DNA of 64,000 nucleotides from NCBI GenBank assembly GCA_011050235.1, contig DRGC01000021.1:6081-70080 (forward strand), in the 5' to 3' direction. This document shows positions 1 to 9,703 of this stretch, piece by piece (within the stretch, counting starts at the first letter, position 1; the number at the start of each line of letters is the position of its first letter). The notes beneath the pieces are model-generated. The model saw only the letters and a program-made list of their open reading frames with translations. It ran no database searches and was not told the origin of the DNA. This stretch comes from Phycisphaerae bacterium (GTDB lineage Bacteria; Planctomycetota; Phycisphaerae; SM23-33). The translations under genes and the position numbers were made by a program.

Positions 1-623
1 TGGATGGCGACCAACTCGTCGGCGGTCATGACCGGCTCGAGCTGGTCGAGGCGCGTACGGGCGGGCTCGGTCTGGAGGATCTCGCGCTCGGTCTGCTTGT
101 CGGGGTAGCCGATGCGGATGCGGAGCATGAAGCGGTCGAGCTGGTTTTCCGGCAGGAAATAGGTGCCTTCGAACTCATAGGGATTCTGCGTGGCCAGGAT
201 CATGAACGGCGGGCCCAACGGGTAGGTATGGCCGTCAGTGGTGACCTGGGCCTCGTTCATGGCTTCCAGCATCGCACTTTGGGTGCGCGGCGTGGTGCGG
301 TTGATCTCGTCGGCCAGGATGATGTTGGAGAAGATCGGGCCGGGCTTGAAGGTGAACTTCGCGTCGGCGGGATCGTAGACGCTCACCCCCAGGATGTCGC
401 TGGGCAGCAGGTCGGGCGTCAGTTGGATCCGGCTGAACGGGCAGTCGATGCTGCGTGCGATGGCCCGACCGAGGATGGTCTTGCCGACGCCGGGGACGTC
501 CTCCAGCAGCACGTGGCCGCGCGCGAGCAAGGCGACCAGCACCTGGCGGATGACGTCGTCCTTGCCCAGAAGAACGGATGCAACGTTGCGATGCAGCGCC
601 CGAAGCGTGTCGATATCAGTCAT
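1..623 (-). CDS. moxR: MoxR-family AAA+ ATPase (runs off the window edge)
   Basis: Manual translation from ATG at 623: MTDIDTLRALH..GHVLLEDVPGVGKT..RIQLTPDLLPSDILG..GPIFSNIILADEINRTTPRTQSAMLEAM..ATQNPYEFEGTYFLPENQLDRF. Not in the ORF track because it is open at the edge. Confidence 0.93.
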   Translation of the reverse strand, partial: MTDIDTLRALHRNVASVLLGKDDVIRQVLVALLARGHVLLEDVPGVGKTILGRAIARSIDCPFSRIQLTPDLLPSDILGVSVYDPADAKFTFKPGPIFSNIILADEINRTTPRTQSAMLEAMNEAQVTTDGHTYPLGPPFMILATQNPYEFEGTYFLPENQLDRFMLRIRIGYPDKQTEREILQTEPARTRLDQLEPVMTADELVAI

Positions 624-745
624 GAGGACCCTCGTTTGCCGGAGATATTGTCGTTGACGGTAATGAATTATACCACCTGGCGGGACATGCGGGCAAACGG
701 CGGGTTTTGGTTGGCCTGCGGCGGGCCGACGGGTAGCATGGGGGT

Positions 746-1390
746 ATGTTCACGGGCATTATTCGACATGTCGGCAGCCTGCGATCGATCGCGCCGGCGG
801 CCGGTGGGCAGCGGCTGAGTATCGACCTCGGGCCGTTGGCCGCCCAGGTCGCCCGCGGCGACAGCGTGGCTGTCTGCGGCGTGTGCCTGACGGCGGCTGA
901 TCTATCCGGCTCGGCGGCGAGCTTCGACGTGATGGCCCAGACGCTTGAGACGACCACGCTCGGGTCGCTGTCGACGGGGGCGAAGGTCAACCTCGAACTC
1001 GCGCTGCGCGCCGGCGGCGGGCTGGATGGCCACCTGGTGCAGGGCCACGTCGACGGCCTGGCCGAGTTGGCGGATATTCGCCGCGGCGACCGCTATGAAC
1101 TGACATTCCGGGCCGATGACGAGGTGACGGCCACCATGGCGTCCAAAGGCTCGGTGGCCGTTGACGGCGTGTCGCTGACGATCGCCGACGTGGACGGGCA
1201 GACGTTTCGCGTGGCGCTGATCCCCACGACCCTGGCGGAGACGACCCTGGGCGAACGCGTCGTCGGCGACAAGGTCAACGTGGAGACGGACATCATCGGG
1301 AAATACGTTCGGCGATATCTGAGCCAGCTCGGCGGCAGCGGCCGCGACGGCCTGACGCTGGAGAAGCTCAGGGAGGCCGGCTTCTGCTAG
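746..1390 (+). CDS. ribE: Riboflavin synthase alpha chain
   Basis: N-terminal MFTGII signature, GDSVAVCGVCLT, GHLVQGHVDG, KGSVAVDGVSLT, VNVETD. Confidence 0.95.
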   Translation: MFTGIIRHVGSLRSIAPAAGGQRLSIDLGPLAAQVARGDSVAVCGVCLTAADLSGSAASFDVMAQTLETTTLGSLSTGAKVNLELALRAGGGLDGHLVQGHVDGLAELADIRRGDRYELTFRADDEVTATMASKGSVAVDGVSLTIADVDGQTFRVALIPTTLAETTLGERVVGDKVNVETDIIGKYVRRYLSQLGGSGRDGLTLEKLREAGFC

Positions 1391-1423
1391 AACCGGGCCC
1401 GATCGGGCCGTTCGATGATATTC

Positions 1424-2461
1424 ATGGCTGACCCGCGACCCACAATCGGTATCACGATGGGCGACCCCTGCGGCATCGGGGCCGAGATCATCATCAAGGC
1501 CCTGGCCGACGAGGCGCTGCGCGAGCGGGCGCGGTTTCTGGTGTTCGGTCTGAGCGAGCAGCTCTCCTACACGGCCGACCAGATCGAACAGAATTGGCCG
1601 TTCGCGCGGGACCATCATGAGGACGTCCGTCGATACAGCGAGAGTGTCGTCGTGCTGGACTACGACGAGTTTTCCCTCCCCCCGGCCATGCCGCGCGGGT
1701 CCAGCAGGCTGGGCGGTGAGGCGTCGCTGGCGTTTTGCGACGGGGCGATCGAGGCGGCCCGTGTCGGGCTGGTGGATGCGATTGTGACCGGGCCGATCTC
1801 CAAGACATCGTGGACGCTGGCGGGGCAAAAGAAGTTCCCCGGTCATACCGAATTGCTGGCCGATCGGTTCAAGTCTCGCCACGTGGCCATGATGTTTGTG
1901 GCGCCGCAGATGAAGGTGGTGCTGGCGACAATCCACCGGCCGCTGTTTGAGGTCCGCAACCATTTCACCATTGGCTGCGTGTTCAACCCGATCGACCTGG
2001 CCGATGCGGCGCTGCGGCGGTGGTGGGGCATCGAGTCGCCGAAGATCGTCGTGTGCGGGGTGAACCCCCACGCCGGTGAGGGGGGGCAGTTCGGCGACGA
2101 GGAACAGCGCATCATCGCCCCGGCGGTGCTGATGGCGAACGAGGCGGGCATGACTGTCTCGGGCCCCTTCCCGGCCGACACGGTCTTTGTCAAGGCGGCC
2201 GCCGGCGCGTACGACTGCGTGGTGGCGATGTACCACGATCAGGGGCTGATCCCGATCAAGCTGCTGGCCTGGCGCGAGGCGGTGAACCTGACGCTGGGGT
2301 TGCCCATCATTCGCACGTCGCCCGATCACGGCACGGCCTTCGATATCGCCGGCCGAAGCCGAGCCGACGAATCCAGCATGAAAGCGGCGATCAATCTGGC
2401 CATCGACCTGGCCGTCAAAGCCCCTGCCGTCACACCGGCCGAGGACGACCCGGGCGAGTAG
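1424..2461 (+). CDS. pdxA: 4-hydroxythreonine-4-phosphate dehydrogenase
   Basis: ITMGDPCGIGAEI, PGHTE, NPHAGE, GPFPADT, MYHDQGLIP, RTSPDHGTAFDIAG. Alternative start at 1415. Confidence 0.95.
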   Translation: MADPRPTIGITMGDPCGIGAEIIIKALADEALRERARFLVFGLSEQLSYTADQIEQNWPFARDHHEDVRRYSESVVVLDYDEFSLPPAMPRGSSRLGGEASLAFCDGAIEAARVGLVDAIVTGPISKTSWTLAGQKKFPGHTELLADRFKSRHVAMMFVAPQMKVVLATIHRPLFEVRNHFTIGCVFNPIDLADAALRRWWGIESPKIVVCGVNPHAGEGGQFGDEEQRIIAPAVLMANEAGMTVSGPFPADTVFVKAAAGAYDCVVAMYHDQGLIPIKLLAWREAVNLTLGLPIIRTSPDHGTAFDIAGRSRADESSMKAAINLAIDLAVKAPAVTPAEDDPGE

Positions 2462-2482
2462 GCTCGGAGGGGCCCCGGCTGG

Positions 2483-3595
2483 TCAGTCGGGGCGGTCGAC
2501 CTGGAACTCGCTGGTCCATTTGTCCCCAGTCGAAAGCGTCGCATTGGCGGCGGCTTGGTAGTCGGGACGGAGGAACCGTTCGAACATCGCGTGGGTGTAG
2601 CGGGCGATGGTCGCGCTCTGGTCGGGCCAGGGCATTGCGGTGGGGACTTTCTCCGGCAGGTCGACCAGGCGGCGAAGGTCGGTGAAGCTGACGTGATGAG
2701 CGTCGGCGATCTGGAGGTACCACGCCGGGGGGGGCGTGTTGGCCAGCGCCCGGTCGGCGTCGATGAGCTTGAAGGCACGGCTCTCCCCTTCGCGCTGGCC
2801 CACCATGTACATCGTGGGCACGGCGATGCGCTGGTAGTCCTCATCGGCCCACATCCATGCGGCGGGCGAGTGGAGCACGGCTGCCTTGATCCGCTCGTCG
2901 ACCCGGCCGGGGACGCAGCCGATCATCGACAGCACGGTGTAGCCGCCCATGGAATGTCCGCCCGCGCCGATCTGGTGGGCGGCCATCATGCCGGCCAGGG
3001 GGAAGTTTTCGTCGATGTTGCCCTCCAACAGCTTGTCGATGACCGCGGCGAGTTCTTTCGCACGGTAGGCATACCGGGCGTGGTTGAGGCCCGGGCGATC
3101 GGCCAGCAGGTCGGCGACAGCGCGGCGGCGGCGGTCGAACGTATAGCGGCTGGGCGGGTGTTGGATGCCCGTGATGCGGACGGGGTTGAACGGGTCGTTG
3201 TGATCGACGGCCGCGAAGACGAAGCCGCGGGCGGCGAGGTACTCGCCCAGATACGCCGCGGCCAGCCCCGTGCCCGTGTATCCGTGGGACCAGATGATCA
3301 GTGGACAGGGGGCGCGGTTCCAGTCGCCCTGCGCATCGGTGATGGCGCGGCCGACCACGCCGTTGGCGTAGGTGGTGGTGGCGTCGGCATCGGCGTTGGC
3401 GGCGGCATCGAAGGTGGTCGGGTACCACACGGCCGTCACGAGCGGCTTGGGGGCGCCGTAGTCGCCGGCGTAGGTCCACTCGAAGATGCGAAAGCCGACC
3501 GGCGACAGCGGGGCCTCGCACGCGGACAGCAGGACCATCGCCAAAGCAGACAGGATCGTCGTTGCCGCCAGGCGTCCGGGGTGTTTCATAATCAT
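2483..3595 (-). CDS. Alpha/beta hydrolase lipoprotein (dienelactone hydrolase / PAF-acetylhydrolase-like)
   Basis: Lipobox-like LLSAC, VWYP, PLIIWSHG, nucleophile elbow GHSMGG, late AHHVSFTD. Confidence 0.8.
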   Translation of the reverse strand: MIMKHPGRLAATTILSALAMVLLSACEAPLSPVGFRIFEWTYAGDYGAPKPLVTAVWYPTTFDAAANADADATTTYANGVVGRAITDAQGDWNRAPCPLIIWSHGYTGTGLAAAYLGEYLAARGFVFAAVDHNDPFNPVRITGIQHPPSRYTFDRRRRAVADLLADRPGLNHARYAYRAKELAAVIDKLLEGNIDENFPLAGMMAAHQIGAGGHSMGGYTVLSMIGCVPGRVDERIKAAVLHSPAAWMWADEDYQRIAVPTMYMVGQREGESRAFKLIDADRALANTPPPAWYLQIADAHHVSFTDLRRLVDLPEKVPTAMPWPDQSATIARYTHAMFERFLRPDYQAAANATLSTGDKWTSEFQVDRPD

Positions 3596-3676
3596 CCGTG
3601 TTCTTTCTGAGGCCCCGCTTGCCTGCGGAGGCCTTGCGTTGTCTTGACCTGCCGAGGCTGGTAAGATTCATCGAGG

Positions 3677-4225
3677 ATGAACGAGCGAGAAGCCAACGTC
3701 AACCGGAATTGTAACATCTGGGCGCCGTGGCGCGCGGAATACATCGAGTCGCTATCGACCGAGCCGGAGGGGTGCTTTATCTGCAACGCCCGCGACGACG
3801 CCGGCGGCGAGGCCGAGAAGCTCGTCCTGTGGCGAAGCGAGCGAACGATCACGGTGCTCAATCGCTTTCCCTACACGGGCGGGCATTCGCTGATCGCGCC
3901 GCTGGAACACGTGGGTGAGCTGTCGTCGCTGGATGACGCGACGCTGCTGGAGATGATGCGGATCGCCCGCGACCTGCAGGCGATTCTGGCCCGGGCGATC
4001 AAGGCGCAGGGGTTCAACATCGGCTTCAACATCGGGCGCTGTGCGGGGGCGGGCCTGCCCGACCACGTGCACCTGCACGTCGTGCCGCGCTGGGCGGGCG
4101 ACGTGAACCTGCTCAGTGCGGTCGCCAACGTGCGCGTCGTGCCGGTGTCGCTGGAGCAATTGTACGCATCGATCACCGAGGCGGCGGAGCAGCTCGAGCT
4201 GCCGCGCTTCGTCGAGGGGGCCTAG
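3677..4225 (+). CDS. HIT-family nucleotide hydrolase
   Basis: IWAPWR, CFIC, LNRFPY, HVHLHVVPRW histidine triad. Confidence 0.92.
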   Translation: MNEREANVNRNCNIWAPWRAEYIESLSTEPEGCFICNARDDAGGEAEKLVLWRSERTITVLNRFPYTGGHSLIAPLEHVGELSSLDDATLLEMMRIARDLQAILARAIKAQGFNIGFNIGRCAGAGLPDHVHLHVVPRWAGDVNLLSAVANVRVVPVSLEQLYASITEAAEQLELPRFVEGA

Positions 4226-4228
4226 GCC

Positions 4229-5371
4229 GTGGCGACTGAAGCGACGCCGCGCCAGCAATACGAAGCGGCGCAGCGGCGGTGGCTGGCGCCGGTCGCCGTC
4301 CGTGAAGCCGACAGTGGCGGGCGAAGCCATGACGAGCCCCCCCACCCGTACCGGAGCTGCTTTCAGCGCGACCGCGACCGGATCATCCACTGCACGGCCT
4401 TTCGGCGGCTGGATTTCAAGACGCAGGTATTCGTCCCGCACGAGCACGATCATTTCCGCACGCGGCTGACGCACACGCTGGAGGTCGCCCAGGTCGCCCG
4501 GACGATCGGTCGGGCGCTGCGACTGAACGAGGACCTGATCGAGGCGGTCGCACTGGCCCACGACCTGGGCCATCCGCCCTTCGGCCACTGCGGCGAAGAG
4601 GCGCTGGATGAGCTGATGGCCGATGCGGGCGGGTTCGAGCACAACCGCCATTCGCTGCGGGTGGTGGATTATCTGGAGCACCCCTACCCGGCCTTTCGTG
4701 GGTTGAACCTGACCCGCGCTGTCCGCGAGTGCCTGGCCTGCCACGAGACGCGCCACCGCGAGCCTGTCTGCGCCGACTTCAATGATGGTCTGGCCGGGCC
4801 GTTGGAAGGCCAGGTCGTCGACGTCGCTGACGAGATCGCCTACACCGCCGCCGACCTCGACGATGCGCTGGCGGTCGGCTGGATTGCGGCGGAAGACCTC
4901 TCGGCGATGGAGATCTGGCGGCGGGCGTGGGAGATCACCGAGGCCGACTCGCCCGATGCGCGGTGGATCCACAAGCGTATCCGCAGCCGCGTGGCGATCC
5001 TGTCGTTGATGGTGGACGACGTTGTGGCGACGACGGGCCGGGCGACCGAGACGCTGACGTGCGTGGACGACGTTCGCCGAGCGGGCGGGGCCAGCGCGGC
5101 CTTCTCGCCGCAGATGGGCGATCAGGTTGCCGAACTGAAAGCGTTCCTGCTGGCGGAGGTGTACGAACACCCCGTCAGCGAGCAGCACCGCGATGAGGGA
5201 CGGCGAATCATCCAGGATCTGTTCACGCAGTTCGTTGCCGCGCCGGCGGCCCTGCCCCAACGGTACGCCCAGCGCGTCGCCGCCGATGGGCTCGAGCGCG
5301 TGGTGTGCGACTACATTGCGGGCATGACGGATCGGTACTGCAGGGCCCAGCACGCGGCCTTGCTCAGGTAG
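4229..5371 (+). CDS. dgt: Deoxyguanosinetriphosphate triphosphohydrolase (HD domain)
   Basis: FQRDRDRIIH, AFRRL..KTQVF, RTRLTHTLEV, HDLGHPPFGH, DYIAGMTD. GTG start. Confidence 0.93.
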   Translation: MATEATPRQQYEAAQRRWLAPVAVREADSGGRSHDEPPHPYRSCFQRDRDRIIHCTAFRRLDFKTQVFVPHEHDHFRTRLTHTLEVAQVARTIGRALRLNEDLIEAVALAHDLGHPPFGHCGEEALDELMADAGGFEHNRHSLRVVDYLEHPYPAFRGLNLTRAVRECLACHETRHREPVCADFNDGLAGPLEGQVVDVADEIAYTAADLDDALAVGWIAAEDLSAMEIWRRAWEITEADSPDARWIHKRIRSRVAILSLMVDDVVATTGRATETLTCVDDVRRAGGASAAFSPQMGDQVAELKAFLLAEVYEHPVSEQHRDEGRRIIQDLFTQFVAAPAALPQRYAQRVAADGLERVVCDYIAGMTDRYCRAQHAALLR

Positions 5372-5439
5372 CGGCGCAAGGAGCCGCCCGCACGGCCTGG
5401 GCGGTGCGGGCGGGAAAATGTGCAGGTCTCTGGCGGGGG

Positions 5440-7287
5440 CTATTCGCTGGGCTCGCCCTCAGGCGCCGGCTGATCGGCGGGTGCGGATGCCGTGTCTTCG
5501 GCGGGCGCGTCGGCGGGGAACTCCTCTTCTTCGGTCTCGTCGACGAAGACGTCGTCCAGATCTGTGGCGTCCACGTGGCGCCGCAGCAGGAAATAGGTGA
5601 CGGTGCTAGCGGAGATGAAGTAGCTGATCAGGAACGCCGCGACCACGCCGATGACGATGTAGACCCACACGGCAATGGCGTAGGCGCCGAGGGTTTCCAT
5701 CGTGCTCATTGCGGCGGTGTTCATGGGGGCGTGGAATGCCTCGAAGCTCGGCGTCGGCCACATGACATCCAGCTTGTCCGACGCGCCGGCGATGGTTCGT
5801 CCGCCGGCCCAGACTCCGGTCTCGACGCCCAGGTGGGTGGCCTTGAGGGCGACGAAGGCAAACAGGCGGACGAACAGGTAGCAGACGGTCCCGTGGACCA
5901 GGGCGGAGACGGCGTAGACGCCCGCCCGCCACGGGCGGTTGAAGATGTAGGAGTAGCTTCGGCTCATCGCGTCGAAGCTGTCCGAGCCTTCCACGGCGAT
6001 GGTGGGGTACATCAGGCTGGCGCCGCCGACGAGCCCGAACAGCAGGAAGGCGATCACCAGGCCGCCGAGGACGGCCAGGAAGAACAGCACGCCCATAACC
6101 AGGGCCCCGGCGCCCATGGCATTGGCGATCAGTCCGGCAAGGGCCATCATCGCGCCGATCAGTAGGATGATGGCCAATGGGATGACGGGGGACATCAGGA
6201 AGCTCAGGAACTTCCCGGCCGAGAACCGCAGCGCCTGGCCGATGGAGGTCTTTTCCTCGCGGGCGGCGTGCAGGGCGGCGATGCGATAGATCGCTCCGCC
6301 TAACAAGGCCCACAAGGACAGCACGTAGACGCCGAAGATCAGACCGAACACGAGATGATGGACAAACAGCCACCGGAGGCCATGGAAGGACATCATCACG
6401 TAGTACAGGAAGCCCGCCTTGTCCTCGTAGACGGGAAAGGCCAAGGGCGTGCCGTCCAGCGGCGATTCAGCCTTGGGGGCCTGCCGCGAGGTGACCAACT
6501 GCTTCAGCCCGCCGGTGAGATTTCCATGGGTGATGGAGTAGATGGCGTTTTGGACACAGGCGGTCTGGAAATCGATGAAGCTGGCGAAGATCCTTTCGCC
6601 GCGGATGTCTTTAGCCCTGCGATCGAACGCCTGTTCCAAGGCCACCAGGCTCTGCAGGCATGCTTCGTAGTTGGTCTCGATGCCTTCGAGTTTCTTGGCC
6701 AGCTTTTCGGGATCGCCGGTGGCGTCTTCGGCCTTGTCGGGGGCTTCACTGTAGCTGTCGGCCAGGAGACGGTGAGCCTGGGCCATGGACTTGCCGAAGG
6801 CGTTTTTGGCATCACTTAGCAGACTGCGCCAAGTCCCCTCCTCCATCGCCTTCTTGAGATCAGGTTGCTGGACCGGTTTGCCGTCGCCGACGTCCCGGAG
6901 TTTCTTGCTCAACAGATTTTCGACGGGGCCGTCGGGCAGCCTGCCGGGGAGGATCGTTGGCCTGGCAGCCTGTGTTGCCCATTGGCCCCACAGATCGGCG
7001 GCATTTTGCACTCGCTTGGACTTCCAGCGCTCCATCATCTTGTCGAACGTTTCGGTCCGCATCGAAGTGAAGGCGGCAATTTCGTCATCGGCGGTGTTGA
7101 CGTAGGATCCGCCGATCGACCAGATCAGATCGAAGAGACACCCGCCCAGGCAGACCAGCGCGATCAGCGCCAGCGCAAGGACCAGCTTGCTGGGATGCAT
7201 CGCGAGTTTGCGGCTCTTGAATATCTGCGTGAAGCTGAACACTTCGGTCCAACTGACTTGTCTGACTTCGTGTTGCTCGTCCGCCAT
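5440..7287 (-). CDS. Hypothetical multi-pass membrane protein
   Basis: Start re-called at MADEQH (AAGGA upstream). One N-terminal TM helix, a large soluble domain, several C-terminal TM helices and an acidic tail. Confidence 0.75.
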   Translation of the reverse strand: MADEQHEVRQVSWTEVFSFTQIFKSRKLAMHPSKLVLALALIALVCLGGCLFDLIWSIGGSYVNTADDEIAAFTSMRTETFDKMMERWKSKRVQNAADLWGQWATQAARPTILPGRLPDGPVENLLSKKLRDVGDGKPVQQPDLKKAMEEGTWRSLLSDAKNAFGKSMAQAHRLLADSYSEAPDKAEDATGDPEKLAKKLEGIETNYEACLQSLVALEQAFDRRAKDIRGERIFASFIDFQTACVQNAIYSITHGNLTGGLKQLVTSRQAPKAESPLDGTPLAFPVYEDKAGFLYYVMMSFHGLRWLFVHHLVFGLIFGVYVLSLWALLGGAIYRIAALHAAREEKTSIGQALRFSAGKFLSFLMSPVIPLAIILLIGAMMALAGLIANAMGAGALVMGVLFFLAVLGGLVIAFLLFGLVGGASLMYPTIAVEGSDSFDAMSRSYSYIFNRPWRAGVYAVSALVHGTVCYLFVRLFAFVALKATHLGVETGVWAGGRTIAGASDKLDVMWPTPSFEAFHAPMNTAAMSTMETLGAYAIAVWVYIVIGVVAAFLISYFISASTVTYFLLRRHVDATDLDDVFVDETEEEEFPADAPAEDTASAPADQPAPEGEPSE

Positions 7288-7520
7288 GGCTGAATCCTTT
7301 CCGTTCCGCGAACTGGGGCAGGGCCGGCCCGTCGGCCGAACTGGCCGATGGGTCATCGCACGATCAGAAGCCTCGGGAGGCCCGGCGCCCGTAGGTCGTC
7401 CCAAAGACGCTGGGATTATAGGACCACCCCGAAGGCATGCAAAAGCAAAATCCCCAGCCGCTGCGCCGAAATGACGGTCCCCTGCCGGATGGACGGATCG
7501 ATCGCAGTTGGCGCGGAGGC

Positions 7521-7856
7521 CTAATCGTTGTCGCTACTGGCCTCCGCCTTGTCGCCGGACTTGTCGGATGGCTTCTTGTCGGCGGGCTTGCCCTCCGACT
7601 TGCTGTCGGTGTCGCCGGCGGCCTTGCTATCGCCGGCGGGCTTGTCTTTTTCGGCCGCCTTGCGATACGAATCGCTGCGGTAGTCGGTCTGGTAGAAGCC
7701 GCTGCCCTTGAAGATGATCCCCGCCCCGGCGCCCAGAAGGCGTTTGACTTTGAGCTTGCCGCACTCGGGGCACTTGCGGATCGACGGGGCCTTGATGGAC
7801 TGGAACTTCTCGAACTCGTGGCCGCACTCGTGGCAGCGGTAATCATACGTCGGCAT
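7521..7856 (-). CDS. FmdB-family zinc-ribbon protein
   Basis: MPTYDYRCHECGHEFE..CPECG..FKGSGFYQTDY followed by a low-complexity tail. Confidence 0.92.
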   Translation of the reverse strand: MPTYDYRCHECGHEFEKFQSIKAPSIRKCPECGKLKVKRLLGAGAGIIFKGSGFYQTDYRSDSYRKAAEKDKPAGDSKAAGDTDSKSEGKPADKKPSDKSGDKAEASSDND

Positions 7857-8451
7857 CGATATCCTCCGGGTCCTCGGCATCCTCCGAGTCCGTCTGGTCG
7901 GGGGTCGGCGGCTGGCAGGAAACCACCACGCCGCTGGGCCGAAGCGTTCGGCCGTTGAGGGCGTAGCCCTTCTGGAGCTCCTGCAGGACCGTCTGGTCCG
8001 GCGCGTCGTCACTGGGCTGCTGCATCAGGGCGGCGTGTCGGTCGGGGTCGAAGGACTGGCCGACCGCGTCGATCACCGTCAGGCCGAACTTGCCCAACGC
8101 CTCGAGCGCCTTGGCGTGGACTAACTGCATGCCCTGAAAGAGCGGATCGTCCTCGCCATGGTCCTCACGAGCGGCAGCGAGGGCGCGTTCCATGTCGTCC
8201 AGGACGGGCAGGAGGCCCTTGATGACATCGGCGCGGGCGAACTGGCGGTCGTCCTGTTTCTCGCGATGGGTGCGCTTCTGGAAGTTCGCGTAGTCGGCCG
8301 AGACGCGCTGCAGGCGGTCCATCAGGTCGTCGCGCTCGGCTTGCAGATCGACCTCGGGGGGGGCGGCCTCGGGTGTTTCGTCGGCCGGCGGCTGGGGCGG
8401 CTGGTCGTCCGGACGGGGCTCGTGGGACGACTTTTTCTTGGCTTTGGTCAT
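7843..8451 (-). CDS. grpE: Nucleotide exchange factor GrpE
   Basis: ADYANFQKR, LLPVLDDMERAL, FDPDRHAA, KGYALNGRTLRP. Confidence 0.95.
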   Translation of the reverse strand: MTKAKKKSSHEPRPDDQPPQPPADETPEAAPPEVDLQAERDDLMDRLQRVSADYANFQKRTHREKQDDRQFARADVIKGLLPVLDDMERALAAAREDHGEDDPLFQGMQLVHAKALEALGKFGLTVIDAVGQSFDPDRHAALMQQPSDDAPDQTVLQELQKGYALNGRTLRPSGVVVSCQPPTPDQTDSEDAEDPEDIDADV

Positions 8452-8473
8452 CGTGACGTTTCGCTTCGCCGGG

Positions 8474-9607
8474 CTAGTCCTTCATGCCGAGCGTCTTCTT
8501 GAGCTTGTCGAGAAACGATTGTCGCCTGGGCGTGATGTTGACGTCCTCGGTCTCGGCGAACTCGGTGAGGAGTTCTTTCTGCTTGCCCGTCAGCTTCGTG
8601 GGCACTTCGATGAAAACCAACACGTGCTGATGGCCTTTGCGCCCGGTGCGTTGGCTGGGCAGGCCTCGGCCTTTGAGCGTGATCATGTCGCCGTTTTGCG
8701 TACCGGCGGGGATATCGACGGGCTCGGCGCCGGCGAGCGTGGGCACCTCAACCGATCCGCCGAGGGCAGCCTGGGAAAAGGTGATGGGCACCTGGCAGAT
8801 CAAGTCGTCATTGCGCCGCGTCAGGAACGGGTGGTCGGCGACGTGGACGTAAACGTGCAGGTCGCCGCGGGCGGTGTTGCCGGGGTTGGGCTCGCCTTCG
8901 CCGCGGATGCGGACCATCTGGCCGTCGCGCACGCCCGGGGGCACGTGGACGGTCAGGACGCGTTTTTTCTTCATTCGGCTGCTGCCTTTGCAGGCGGTGC
9001 ACGGGTCGGTGATTATCCGCCCGGCGCCGTGACAGCGGGGACACTGCTGGAGACGAACGCTGACCCCGAAGAAGCTCTGCATCTGCTGCTGCACCTGCCC
9101 GTAGCCGCCGCAGGTCTCGCAGCGCGCCACTTCGGTGCCCGGCTCGGCGCCGCTGCCGCTGCAGGCGTCGCACAGATCGATACGCTCGAACTCCAGCGTG
9201 GAATCCGCGCCGGTGGCGATCTGCTCGAGCGTCAGATCAATCTGGGTCTCCAGATCGTAGCCGCGCTGCGAGCGGGTCTGCCCCGCCGTGAAGCCGCCCA
9301 TGCCCGAGAAGATATCCTCGAACATCGAGAAAATGTCGCCGAACCCCATGCGCGAGAAGTCGTGCATCCCCATGCCGCGCAGGCCCTCGTGGCCGAACTG
9401 ATCGTAGCGCTGACGTTTGACCGAATCGGACAGGACCTCGTAGGCCTCGGAGACTTCCTTGAACAGCTGCTCGCCCTCGGTCTTGTCGCCCTGGTAATTG
9501 TCGGGGTGGTACTTCAGCGCCAGCTTGCGGTAGGCGCGTTTGACGTTGTCGCCGCCGGCGGAGCGGTCAACGCCAAGAACGTCGTAATAGTCCCGCTTTG
9601 TCGCCAT
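8474..9607 (-). CDS. dnaJ: Chaperone DnaJ
   Basis: J-domain with HPD, G/F region, four CxxCxGxG-type motifs. Start MATKRDYY. Confidence 0.96.
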   Translation of the reverse strand: MATKRDYYDVLGVDRSAGGDNVKRAYRKLALKYHPDNYQGDKTEGEQLFKEVSEAYEVLSDSVKRQRYDQFGHEGLRGMGMHDFSRMGFGDIFSMFEDIFSGMGGFTAGQTRSQRGYDLETQIDLTLEQIATGADSTLEFERIDLCDACSGSGAEPGTEVARCETCGGYGQVQQQMQSFFGVSVRLQQCPRCHGAGRIITDPCTACKGSSRMKKKRVLTVHVPPGVRDGQMVRIRGEGEPNPGNTARGDLHVYVHVADHPFLTRRNDDLICQVPITFSQAALGGSVEVPTLAGAEPVDIPAGTQNGDMITLKGRGLPSQRTGRKGHQHVLVFIEVPTKLTGKQKELLTEFAETEDVNITPRRQSFLDKLKKTLGMKD

Positions 9608-9645
9608 CGCGCCGTTGCCTTGTTGCACCGGTCTATGAGCGACAC

Positions 9646-9677
9646 AGGGGCGCTTCGGCCGCCGCCAAAGCGCCCCT
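9646..9677. terminator. GC-rich stem-loop between groEL and dnaJ (attenuator or mRNA-stabilising hairpin)
   Basis: AGGGGCGCTT (9646-9655) pairs with AAGCGCCCCT (9668-9677). No clear U-tract. Confidence 0.45.
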
Positions 9678-9703
9678 ATGTCTTATCGTCTCGCCGGGGC
9701 GGT

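Noticed and set aside
624..745. FMN riboswitch upstream of ribE
   Set aside because: No RFN consensus; the short spacer holds divergent promoters
3677..5371. HIT plus dGTPase, together with the dUTPase at 32104, as an anti-phage nucleotide-depletion system
   Set aside because: Housekeeping-type sequences in a core-gene context, with no defence-island neighbours
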